From the human T2T-CHM13v2.0 reference genome, Homo sapiens, in the NCBI RefSeq assembly GCF_009914755.1, contig NC_060932.1: DNA of 64,000 bases; one strand, given 5' to 3'. The notes beneath the pieces are model-generated. The model was given only the letters and a program-made list of their open reading frames with translations. It did no database searches and had not been told where the DNA came from. Made by a program: the position numbers and the translations under genes. Shown in pieces: positions 43,528-56,240 of this stretch (the first letter of the stretch is position 1; the number at the start of each line of letters is the position of its first letter).

Positions 43528-43867
43528 AAGGAGAGAGTGCAGATGGCAGGAGTGCCACCAGCTGCAGTTTCAGGTGCTGAATAGGTCTGGTCCACAGGTC
43601 AAGCTCTGTCTACCCCTTTTAGAAGGATGAAGGAATATCTATTCCTGAAGTAGGAGAGGCACTTTCATTTGGTCTCTAATTGAAATTTCAGCCCCAAATT
43701 GAGATTCACAGGCGAATTTAAACCTTCTCTCAGAAGTATATGGTAGAACTACAAGAGAAACAAACAACAAATGCTCATCTGAAATTTTGATTGTCTCACT
43801 AGTAATCCCAGAAAAAAAAATTAGAGGCTATTTCTCAAGCATATGTTTTCTTAGGACTAATAAACAG

Positions 43868-44089
43868 ATGTCTAATATAAAGACTTGGGCTGAGTATGTT
43901 GTGGAATAATGTGCAAAGGACCCTTCCAGCTTTTTAGAACTGATTTTGGCCCTTATTCCACTGATCCTAGGAAATGTCATACATCCCTGGAAACTGTTCA
44001 AAATGACTGAAGCCAGGAAAAAGGATCAAAAGAAGAAACAAAAACATCAAGAAAATATCGCAAAAGCCAAACAACTGAAAAAGGACTGA
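43868..44089 (+). pseudogene. SMIM15: Decayed CDS of small integral membrane protein 15
   Basis: Translates [72 protein letters not shown]. Recalled SMIM15 is [74 protein letters not shown] (about 50/74 identical). Premature TAA at 43907-43909 and a one-codon deletion. Confidence 0.93.
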
Positions 44090-44912
44090 TGAAAAGAATA
44101 GGCTTTGCAACTAGAGAAAACCTTGAAAGAACACACTATGGTTTCTTCTCTGGTTTGTATGATAGCTTATTGAGTAAGCAGTCTGACCTTACAGAAGAAT
44201 CATATTAGTAATTTTTAATCTTGAGTGTAGTTTTAGACTCTGTTGACAGTCATTTTAAATTAGCATTTGCTAATCTACAAATCCTTTATAACTAGTTAGT
44301 CGTCTACCATTTTAAGGCCTATGTACTAAAATGAAAACACCCCATGGGGAAAATAATGTTAGATTTTTAAATCTATTATTCAAATAATGGCTTAAACTGA
44401 GGTTCTGTTCTGGGCAAAAAAAAAATAATCATGTGAAAGAATCGTCTTCTCTAAAGCAAAAAATGCGCTTTGGCTTTAAAAAGATACAAAATATTAATTA
44501 CACTTTTAGCATTATAGCTTATTTCTTGGAATATAATTATTTCTGACTTTTTCAAAGCAAAGCAATATTAACCAGTGAGCACTTCTAATTTTTGCATTTC
44601 TTTTCCTTGATTTGTCTTTGAGATACTGGTAATCAACATTCTGCATTTTGTTTATCTAATTTTATAAATATTTCTCTTATCATCTTGACTATGTAAAATA
44701 CCACCTACTGGATATAACAAATGTTATACTTATAAACACTTTCATTTTCTTAGAGATGAATTTCTTAAAGAATAAAGCTATGATTGTAAATTGGCAGTAA
44801 AAATGCCAATTATTTTAGTAACCTAGTGCCAGATAATTCTTGCTTGTGCTAACTATAGAAATGTGAAATGTTTAAAATATCTTCTCAGATAATTTGCTGA
44901 TTATATTGATAC

Positions 44913-46307
44913 TGTGTCCACAATTTGTGGGTTCTTGGTCTCACTGACTTCCAGAATGAAGCCACGGACCCTGGCGGTGACTGTTACAGTTCTTAAAGGT
45001 GGCATGTCCGGAGTCTGTTCCTTCTGATGTTCCGATGTGTTCGGAGTTTCTTCCTTCTGATTGGTTCGTGGTCTCGCTGGCTCAGGAGGTAAGCTGCAAA
45101 CCTTGGCAGTGAGTGTTAACAGCTCTTAAGGCGGCGCGTCTGGAGTTGTTCCTTCCTCCCGGTGGGTTCACGGTCCCGCTGGCTTCAGGAGTGAAGCTGC
45201 AGACCTTTGCAGTGAGTGTTACAGCTCATAAAAGCAGTGTAGACCCAAAGGGTGAGCAATAGCCAGATTTATTGTAAAGAGCTAAAGAACAAACCCTCCG
45301 CAGTGCGGAAGGGGACCCCAGCAGGTTGCCACTGCTGATCCGGGCAGCCTGCTTTTATTCTCTTACCTAGCCCCACCCACTTCCTGCTGATTGGTCCATT
45401 TTACAGAGAGCCGATTGGTCTGTTTTACAGAGAGCTGATTGGTCCATTTTGACAGGGTGCTGATTGGTGCATTTACAATCCCTGAGCTAGACACAGAAGT
45501 TCTCCACCTCCCCACTAGATTAACTAGATACAGAGTGTCCACACAAAAGTTTTCTGTGTCCCCATGAGTAGTTAGATACAGAGTGTCGATTGGTGCATTC
45601 ACAAACCCTGAGCTAGACACAGGGTGCTGATTGGTGTGTTTACAAACCTTGACCTAGATACAGAGTGCCGATTGGCGTATTTACAATCCTTTAGCTAGAC
45701 ATAAAGGTTCTCCAAGTCCCCACCAGACTCAGTAGCCCAGCTGGCTTAACCCAGTGGATCCTGCAAAGGGCCGCAGGTGGAGCTGCCTGCCAGTCCTGCA
45801 ACGCTCACCCGCACTCCTCAGCCCTTGGGTGGTCGATGGGACTGGGTGCCGTGGAGCCAGGGTTTGGCATTTATCGGGGAGGCTTGGACCGTGCAGGAGC
45901 CCACAGCAGAGGAGGGGAGGCTCAGGCATGGTGGGCTGCAGCTCCAAGCCCTGCCCTGTGGGGAGGCAGCTAAGGCCCGGTGAGAAGTCGAGCACAGCAG
46001 CTTCTGGCCCAGGTGCTAAGCCCCTCATTACCTGGGGCTTGCCTGCCGGCCGGCCACTCCCAACATGGGGCCCGCGGAGCCCACGCCCACCCGGAATTCG
46101 TGCTGGCCGGCAAGCCCTGCGTGCAGCCCCAGTTCTTGCCCGTGTCTCTCCCTCCACACCTCCCCGCAAGCTGAGGGAGCCGGCTCCGTCCTTGGCCAGC
46201 CTAGAAAGGGGCTCCCACAGTGCAGCGGCAGGCTGAAGGTCTCCTCAAGCACGGCCAGAGTGGGCACCAAGAGCGAGCGAGGGCTGCCAGCACGCTGTCA
46301 CCTCTCA
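44913..46307 (-). mobile_element. LTR12 (C/D/E-type, ERV9) solo LTR
   Basis: tgtgtcc..aatttgtgggttcttggtctcactgacttc at the left end and gccagcacgctgtcacctctca at the right; tandem CCAAT/GATA subrepeats; exact TSD atac at 44909-44912 and 46308-46311. Confidence 0.95.
45353..45675 (-). promoter_or_regulatory. LTR12 promoter core: seven CCAAT boxes plus an AATAAAA TATA-like box
   Basis: ATTGG at 45390, 45414, 45438, 45463, 45589, 45630 and 45671; ttttatt at 45353-45359. LTR12/ERV9 LTRs are known NF-Y-bound promoters; activity of this copy is not shown. Confidence 0.7.
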
Positions 46308-48908
46308 ATACCACTTTTGTTTTTATTCCATTATTTCTTGTGATTCATGTGTTAGTGATGTCATTATTTTTTGGCTAAACACTTTCAGGTGAAAGTTAAA
46401 TTTCAAGCTTTCCTTTTAAAGAAATCTTAAAAGTAACAGACGTGTCATAAGTGGTAAAGAAAGGCTTAAAGTGTGAAAAAACTGTGAAGGGCATAGTAAC
46501 AATTGGGATGGAAATAAATACATTGTGTCAAAATAAGAATCTGTTTTAGCAGTACAGAGCTAAAGGATATTTCTTTCAGTGAATAGTTTAGCTGGATTTT
46601 TAAAATATTGAACATGGATTTTATAAATTTGTGATCCAATAAATTTATTCCCTGTCATTCTTTAATACCTTGTGAAGGTTTTTTCATCTCTAATATAAAT
46701 TTTGTTATAAAAGTTGTCTGTAATGTGAAGTTTATAGAATTTAAAACTAAAATAACTGACAACAATACACATGAATTGGGAATATGGAATTGTATGAGTT
46801 AAAGGTTTTTACTTTTTATGATGGGGGAAGGCAGCATATTATTACAATTTTTAAAGTTAAATTGTGATAAACAAAACGTGCATATTATTTATATATATAT
46901 ATAACATTATATACATAGCAATCAACAAAATTAAAAACTAAAACAAAGATTGATAAGTTAATAAGCCAGTGATTTAGTTAAGATAATTCTAAACAATAGT
47001 AATCCAAAGAAGGCAAAAAAATTAAATAGAAATGTTGTAGGATCAGATGTAACAAGTAAAAGACAAATAAAAAGATATTAGATTTAAACCTATCATACTG
47101 ATAATTACAATTAATATGAATGGCTAAATACTCCAAATATGCTTTCTACCAGAAACTAGCATTAAATGTAAAGGCACACATAGGTGAAAAGTAAAAATGA
47201 TAGAAAAAGTTATACCATATAAATACTAATTTTAAAAAACTGGCATGATTATATTAGCATCTAGCAAAGTAGACTTCAGAATAAGACATATTGCTAAAGA
47301 GAAACATGTAATAATTACAAAGAAGTTAATACAAAAAACATTGAATTTGTATGTGCTTGATAACAGAACTTTAAAATCTATAAAGCAAAAATACTATCAA
47401 AATAAACGAAGAAATAAACTCCCATTTAAAGTAAAAAATTTCAAAACTTTAAATGATAGAACAATAACAAAAAATAATCAATAATTAGAGAAAATTTGAA
47501 CAACACTATCAACTAACTTTACCTGTTTAATATTTAGGGAATATTGCACTCAATGACACCAGAATACCCATTCTTTTCAAGTGCACATAGAATATTCACA
47601 AAGCTAGATTTCACTCCAAGCCATAAAACAAGTATTAACAAATTTAAGGAACTGAAATCTTATAAATTGTGCTATCTGCTGTGATATTCACCAAGAAATC
47701 AACAACAAAAGATATTTGAAAATCTTATAAATATTTGGAAATTATACATTACATTTTCAAACAGCTCAATAACTCATGGATCAAAGAAAAAATCACAAGG
47801 TAAAATTATAAAACATTTAGAACTAAAGAAAGTGGAATAATTCAAAATTTGCAGGAAGCAGTTTAGCTAGTGCTTTGAGGAAAATTCATAGCATGTAATG
47901 TTTATATTCAAAAGTAATTGTCTAAAATCAATCACTGATGGTCACACTTTACAAAGCTAAGGGTAAAAACAGAAAGCAAATGTAATCTAAAGTATGGAAG
48001 AAAAGAAAATAATAAAGACAAAAATTAAGGAAATAGGAAACAGGAAGCCATAGAGAAAATCACTGAAACAAAAATAAATTTTTAAAGAAAGTCAATACAA
48101 CTAATAAAACTAGCCAAAATAATGAAAAAAACCCCAGAAGATTCAAAAATATTAAGAATGAAAAAGAAGATACTATCGATGCTACAGATTTAAAAATTAT
48201 AATAAATAAAATTGGCAACTTTATGTCAACACAATCAGTAACTTAGGTAAAAATCAGCGAATCTTGATAGACACAAATTCATATCCTTATTCCAGAAGAA
48301 ATAAACAATGTAAATAGACTCAAATATATCTATTAAAGAAATTGAAGTAATAGTTTAAAAAGTTTTATTAAAAATTTAAAATTCAGATGGCTTCAGTGGT
48401 AATTTCTACCAACATTTTAAAGTAAGAAATAGTAACCACTTCACGTAAACTCTTCCCAAATATAGACACAGAGGATGCTTCCTAATTCATTTTATGAGGC
48501 CAGCATCAACTGATAGCAATACCAGATAATCAGAATAGAAAAGAAAAAAGAAAAAGTACAAATCATTCTCCTTTATATATATAAAATAGCAAAATTTATT
48601 AACAAAAGTTTAGCAAATCTAAAATTAAAAAAATGAATACTATAATGTTTCATGAATATATGGTTTATCCCAAGAATGTAAATTTGGCTCAACATTACAA
48701 AATCAATCAATGTTAGCCACAATATCTATAGAGTAGAAGACAAAAACAATTTATTATCTCAATAGATTTGGGGAAAAATGGCAAATCTAATACACAGTTA
48801 TAATAAAACCTCAAAACAAACTAGAAATGGGAAGGAACTTCCTCAACCTAATAAAGGTGTTGTAAAAATTGATTAACAAACATTATATTAGTGTTAAAAG
48901 CCTGATAA

Positions 48909-49205
<297 letters not shown>

Positions 49206-49689
49206 AAGGCTGACAATTTTCTTCATAGAATCATAAATAAAGCAAGGATGTCTGCTCTTACCACTTCTACTTAACACTATAATTGAGGTCCTATGTAGTA
49301 CAAAGAAAGAAAAGGAAAAATATTTTGAAAAGGAAAAAGTGAAGCCATGTTTATAGACACAAAACTAGCAAGTTTTTAGAAATTTATTTTAAGAAGCTGA
49401 TATCTTAACTGAGTTTATGAAGTTTGTAAGATACAAGATCGATAGCAATCAATTATATTTTTATATACTAGTAACAACTAGACATTGAAATAAAATGCTG
49501 ATAAAATTTACAATAGCTAAAAAAACCCATAAAACATGCACAGATAAATTTAAGAAAAATGTGTAGTATCTGTACATTGAAACCTACAAAAGAGAGATGT
49601 TAAACAAAATTGTGTATGTGGAAGGATATACTTTGACCCCTACCTCACATCAAATGCAAAAATTCACCCAACATGTAAAATAGACTTTA

Positions 49690-49819
49690 TTGGGAAAGTA
49701 ATATGTAAATATTACATGATTTTGTATTACAAACTTGAGCTTCCTCAAATTTTGGTATCTTTGGGAAGATACCAAAGATATCTGGAACCATTTCCCTATG
49801 AATTCCAAGGGGCAACTGT
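49690..49819. mobile_element. MER2/Tigger-type terminal fragment
   Basis: acttgagcttcctcaaattttggtatct...ctggaaccatttccctatgaattccaaggggcaactgta ends in a Tigger-type TIR followed by TA. Confidence 0.65.
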
Positions 49820-50794
49820 ATATCCTTACCTATCGAAGAAAAACCCAAATAAATAAATGGAAAACTAAAAACTATAAATCTTCTGTAATTAAAAATAGGA
49901 GAGAAATCATTAGACCATATGTTAGGATAATATTTCTTATATATGACACAAAAACCATAAGCCATAGATAAATATTAATAAATTTGTATCAAAATTGAAA
50001 ATGTTTTCTCATTATTGAGAAAATGAAAAGGCAAGCCAGGAACAGGGAGACTGAAATATATATTGCATATATACAAAAAAAATTATATGCGGAATGTAAA
50101 ATGAACTCTTTACTCCACTTTAAAGAAGATATACAAGTGACCAATAAGCATATTGTAAAACATGCTAAATATCATTAGTCATCAAGGAAATGGAAATTAA
50201 AAGTACAATGACATGCAGTAAATGTATTTTAAAATAATGCATCATAGTATGGTTTAGATCATTCCAGGTAATCAGAGATGATTTGTCATTAAAAAATGCT
50301 CAAAAATAACAGGAAAATTTCAGTAGATAAATTAATCATTAATTTCATTTGTTAATTACTATATATGATAAAAGCAAGATAAGAATGACAAAACTGAGAA
50401 AGCAATTTCTTGTCTTAGCAAAGGCTGGCTGCACAAAAATTTTACCAAATATTATGTTTAAACAAAACAATAACAAAACATTGAGATTTTATTTCCTTTA
50501 AGACAAGAGCCAGATGAGTTTGATGAATTCTTTTATCATAGGAAATTAAATAAGGTTTCTTACTATTATTATTTTAAGATAGGAAATTAGATGAGGTTTC
50601 TTACCATTGTTCTTTTAAGACAGGGAGCTAGCTAAGAATGTTCAGTACCTTTGCTTTGATTCAGCATTGTAGTGTTTACCAACTGGTCAGTGCATTTGGG
50701 AAAGAAAATTGCTAAGAGGCATGAGACAATTTTGCAGAATATTCGAGCATCTTCATAGAACCCCAACAGAATGATCAAAGAAGTGACTACAGTT

Positions 50795-51322
50795 TGTTAA
50801 AGCTAATTAGCCTGCAGTCTAATAAAATCCATTTTTTTTTTTTGCTTGCATGCAAGGAATAAATTCAGAGAAAGATGAAATGTTGGTTAAACAAGAGGGA
50901 GAAGAAATTCAACTTTTGCTAGGCTTGGGTTCCCTCTGAAGGATTCTGAGGAGGGTCAAAGGAAAGCAAGAAAAGATTGGTTGCTGTTTTTAAAGAGGGA
51001 ATTGAAGACACAGGGATTAACCAGAGATTGGCTGCTGTCTTGTGGCGAGAGTGACTAAACAATTGGATATCTCCTATAATTAATGAAACAAGCAAAGCAG
51101 ATCTGGGACTTCACTGGAGAGAAACCAGTAATCACTCAAAGTGGTGTCTTCATGACATTTTACAACTGCAGCATGACCTTGGGAGATACAGTGTTGTTAA
51201 ATTTGCAGCTGACTTTATCTGTGTCTGTCTTCCCATCCTGATTAATGGCAGGTTGCTTTTTGCTTTTACAGTCAAAGCCGATTTTCACTCTTCAGTCCTA
51301 TGTAGTTTTTGACTCTTTCACA
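50795..51322. mobile_element. Probable old ERV LTR, family uncertain
   Basis: Block of about 530 bp bounded by TG...CA (tgttaaagc...ctctttcaca) that interrupts L1-like sequence and contains CCAAT boxes on the minus strand. Confidence 0.4.
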
Positions 51323-51902
51323 ACTAAAGGAAAAATCAGTAAGATGGCCAAATAAAAGATCACTTTACAAATTCAATTGTTTGTTTCAATTACACCAAGA
51401 ATAAGTGGAAATAAAATTTAGGAAGGAAGATATAAATTAAATCTCATCCAAACAGGGAAAAAAATGTTGAAATTCTATTTAATAACATAAAAGAATGTGT
51501 AAACAAATGATGTTAAAACATTATACTCTTGATCAGGATAACTTAATATTGAAAAAATATCAATTTCCACCAATCTCACAGAATTAATTATCAAGTTCAA
51601 GTCAATTTATACCAATATGTTTGGAAGAAACTTTACAAATATTAACTTTAAATTTAATATGGAAAAAATATCCACAATTATTTAGGGCAATATTTTAAAA
51701 AGTAAATGTAAACTACAGTGAAGCACCCTACTATGGTATATAACTTATGATAAATCATAGCAATGAAATAATGTATAGACAGATGAATAAGCCAGTCGTC
51801 ACAGAACAGGAGAAAAAGCCCTGATGCAGACTTATCTATTCATGGAAACTTAGCAAATAAGGGAGGTGGCATTGCAAATTATAGGAGATTTGCACTGGGG
51901 AT

Positions 51903-54900
51903 TGTTAAAAGAAAAACTTCAGGCAAATTAAATTTAAAGGAGTATAATTGAGCAATGAATGATTCATGAATCGGGTAGTCCCCAGAATCACAGCAGATTC
52001 AGAGAGACTCCAGCACAGCCACATCGTGGAAGAAGATTTATAGACAAAAAAAGAGAAATGACATACAGAAATAGGAAGTGAGGTACAGAAACAACTGGAC
52101 TGGTTACAGCTCAGCGTTTGCCTTATTTGAACATAGTTTGAACATTCGACAGTGTATGAGTGGTTGAAGTATGGCTGCTGGGATTGGCCAAGACCCAGTA
52201 CTGTTATAGGGGCACACTCCTAAGTTAGGTTCTCAATCTTGTCTATGTGCTAGGTTAGGTTGCAGTTTGTCCACTAGGACTCAAATATAAAGTATGGAGT
52301 CCTTCTCAGACCATATTTAATTTGCTTTAACAATTCCCTACTTTGGTCACTTTCTCAATTTTGACAGATCAACGAAAACTTTAGTTATTGATGCCACTAT
52401 TACCATCATAAATTTACTTACTTGTTCTTGAAACCCACTGTGAAACAGAACAGTGAGTTTTGCAAAGATAGGAACAAGGACTTGAGGAGAGGATACCTCC
52501 TTATGCTGGAACACCCCGTTTACAGGAGAAAAACAAAACCTGGTCTGTTCTAGGTTCTATGTGTTTTCCTAAAGTCTTAGTTGGTTTGGTTTGGATTGTT
52601 GGGGGCCTACTGCATGAGCTCAGTCCAAAACAATGGCCTCCCATAATTTTGTTTTAAAAAATTCCTCCTTTTTGGTCAGGTTCTCACTTAAGTGAGAGTG
52701 TGACCAAAACTTAGGGCCTTAGTTTCACTCTCAGTTTCCATCATTTTGGGTTTCCAGTCTCAGCAGGTCATTCATAGGTTACGGTGTCCTCATGTTCACA
52801 CATTTCTTTCAGCTTTTGTCATTCCAGTTGAAGACAGACCGTATAACATTCTAGAGATGGCTGCATGCAAACATTTAAAATCTTTGAGAGAATACAGCAC
52901 ACCAGGGAGACTTCTATTATGACTTTCGGGAGGCTAATACCAAGAATTTGGAGTATGCTCCTTACCCGGGGTCCCCATAAACCAAACCACCTAAAATCAA
53001 ATAGATCAAAGAATGAGCTAGATAAAGAGTCTACTCACTTAACTAAGTGGTCTTTTTGTTAATCCCCTACAACTAAATCTCTGTAATACCCAATGTATTT
53101 TTCCATAGGCCACAAGTGCCAGCAGCTGCACAGATACTTCTCTGTTTAGCCAGTTCTATTTAGCATAACTTCCACAAGAGAATTTAAAGTCTGTTGTGTA
53201 ACCATAGCCTCTTCAGTAGAATCTGTTATGGGACCTATCATGAGGCTTACATTTCTAACATTGCTTCTTTTACTTCAAACCATGGAAAAAGGACTTGAAA
53301 AAAGATGCCTTATAGAGGAGTGAAGGCCTCCTAGCAATGCTCTTTTTAACCCAAGATGTGGGTTAAGAGGAATGAGCCAATATTTTGTTTCTGACTGATT
53401 ATGAGGCAACATATGTACCATTAAAGTTTAACATCTGCGTTGGACCTTCATCTTTTATCTAACAAAGTATATGTTTATCCATGTACAAGGCTGGCTGCAA
53501 AGTCTTCACAAATAAAAGTATATCCCATAAGTGCACATAACAGTCCCCTTTTCACTTCTTTTGTTCATAGAGGCATAATCAAGGGAGAAAAATTCAAAGA
53601 TAACAGTCTCCTGATAGTAGAGAAGCCTTAATTCATGATCTTGGGGAAAGCTGTTCACATCAAGGATGCCATCTTCTTCTTCTGGGGAAAAATTTCCCTG
53701 AATAGCTTTACCTTAATGGTTCCAATGGGTATACAGTTCCAAGAGTGTGGAGGGACCTTTCTCAGTTGTGACATTATGAACCCAATGTTCAAGGTCCCAA
53801 TGTTTTGCTGTAGTGTGGATTACAAGGACTATCTTTCTCTGATGTTCTCAGAAGATCCCATCTTCAGGTTTTATATTGTAAAGGGGTTGATTGTCCTCAG
53901 TGAAACATAAAATGTTTTCTTTGCCTGGTGAAAATATACTGTAGCATAAAAATCTACTATTATAACATCAGCCCTTTTGCATGGGAAAGTTTTTATACAA
54001 CCAGAAAACATGCATTAATATGGATTTAGCAAACCTAACATTGATTATAAACTATTTTAGCAATTTATAAGTCACCACACCAATATGTATTTAATTTGGA
54101 TTATTTTATCTTTTCCATGACAAGTCATAGAATGCACAACCTTTAATAACAAGAGCTCTAAGGACTCTGGGAGGACAAGGTGGCTGTCCTGGTTCTTCAT
54201 GAGTCCATGCTTAACATTGGACTTATGTCTTCTTGAATACCAGTTGTTTCTCCAATTTAGGTGCATAGCAGTGATAACTAATGGGTTATCATAGTTAATT
54301 TGACTTAGGCCATGGAGTTTATTCAAATTGTATATCTAAACAATTTTAGTATTGCCCAATTTAGCATGAAATCTGGCAAAGTATTGTGTTGGTACTTAAT
54401 TTTTTGTTCTACTTGGATTAGCAGTTTTATAAACCACTCAGTCTTTTTATTGAAGTTTAAGGAATTTTTACTTAGTCCAAATGATATGAATTTAAAGTTA
54501 CTAGAAACCTATATTTAAGAGTGCTTTTTTAGGGTCCTTTCCATCCTTTCATGAGCCTCCTAAAAGACACTATATTCTAGGATTTTGTGTGCTTGTGAAG
54601 TTTTCAGAAACTGCATTAACATTATGCAACTAACTGTGGAAATGACTTTAAATAGTCATAATTAGAGACACAATTGACAAGGAAGTCTGGTTATTTTGGT
54701 GGTCCACAATAACTTAACATAATAACCTTAATTATAACTGATAGCATATAGGTATTAGAATTTTAGAAATCCCATACAATTTTAGAACATTTATTAATAT
54801 TATTCATTAAATTATAACCTGAAGAAAATTAAACATTATTTCTCTTTTGACAATCCCATGTAACTAAACATGTTAAATAATCCTGTTTACCTCTCTTTTG

Positions 54901-56205
54901 GATGCTCCAGGTGTCTTTTGTAGCACACAAAATTTAGGGGTTCAAAAAGACAATTTTGAAGCTGAAATTTGACTTTGGGAAGCCTATCAAATGTGTTAAA
55001 GGTTTAAAACACTTGATATTACACTTAACCAGTTTGACCATGAGGTGAGATTCTTATAAACCTTTTATAACCCTTTAAAAATGTTTGTTAAAGAGCAGAT
55101 CAGTGCCTTAAGAAAACCTTGTTGTGCTTTGATTCCAATGTTCAATTTATGGAAAAACCAAATAATACCCTTTTGAGTTTAGTCAATATGTTCACACACA
55201 GAATTTCTTTTACAAGATTAATTTTTACAAACCTTCCACAACTTGCTCAAATTTTAGCTCTATCTTACTTAATTTAAAACAATCCTTTAACTGTTTATAT
55301 TAGGCAAAAATTTACATTCCCATGCCTTCTTATAGTCTTTTACTAATAACATATTTTACTTTCCTTACACACCTTGCATGTAAATCTATTTTCAGTGGTC
55401 TCAGTTATATGTTATAAGGGTAACTTTCAGCAACTTTTAATTTTGGTGCATAAATTTTCTTTCAGGAATCCTTTCTTGACTTACACAGACCACCTACAAC
55501 ATGCTTTGACTTTCTGACTTGTCCTAAACAACTGTCTTTTTAAACAACCAGGTATTTTACTTTAGGAAAAGAATTTAACATACAAGATTATTTTTTATAC
55601 AACATCTCTTTTCCTTATAAACTTCTTTGCACAGCCAGGGAACATGGCTCATTCCACATGTCCCCAGGTTTATCTAGAATCTAATGTCTCCAGTACATTG
55701 AACAATTTTTAAAAGTCAAAGCACTGTATAACCTTAAAGCATTTAGCAAACCTAATATCTGGCTTGCATAATTCAGACCAAATGTTTACATTTTTAAAGA
55801 TATTTCTATTTTACCAATAATCTTTAAAACTGTATTTATTTCCAAAAGATTATTTTAGTCACATGACCTAAAAGGCATTATAGTTACTTTTCTGACAAAA
55901 TATTTGATTTAAGCACTTATTTTTCTTTGAGCCAATTAAATAGAGCTCTTTCATATCACACACACAACACATACACATATATAACTATGCAGACAGACAG
56001 AAGAAGATCCAGTAGTTCTAAATTTTTTCATTTACCAGTTTCTAAGTTTCTTAATTGGATTACTGGCTTTAGGGTGGAGTCCTTGGAAGAAATGGCTAGG
56101 AAAACATGCAGTTTCTAGGGCCTAATGAGCAGGAATATTTGGAAGGCAAAACAGATTTTGAGAGGGATCTGTCCACTTTTAATTCTTGGAGTTCCATGAG
56201 GAAAA

Positions 56206-56240
<35 letters not shown>

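Larger units (their letters stand above)
43102..46705 (+). pseudogene. SMIM15: SMIM15 pseudogene (probable retrocopy) including presumed UTRs; outer boundaries approximate
   Basis: Non-L1 block interrupting the L1: a relatively GC-rich 5' part, the SMIM15-like CDS, and an AT-rich 3' part split by LTR12. AATAAA at 46513 and 46638. Confidence 0.65.

Noticed and set aside
45729-46343. Six overlapping ORFs of 64-160 aa
   Set aside because: They lie in the GC-rich part of LTR12, where stop codons are rare on both strands, and resemble no protein I recognise.
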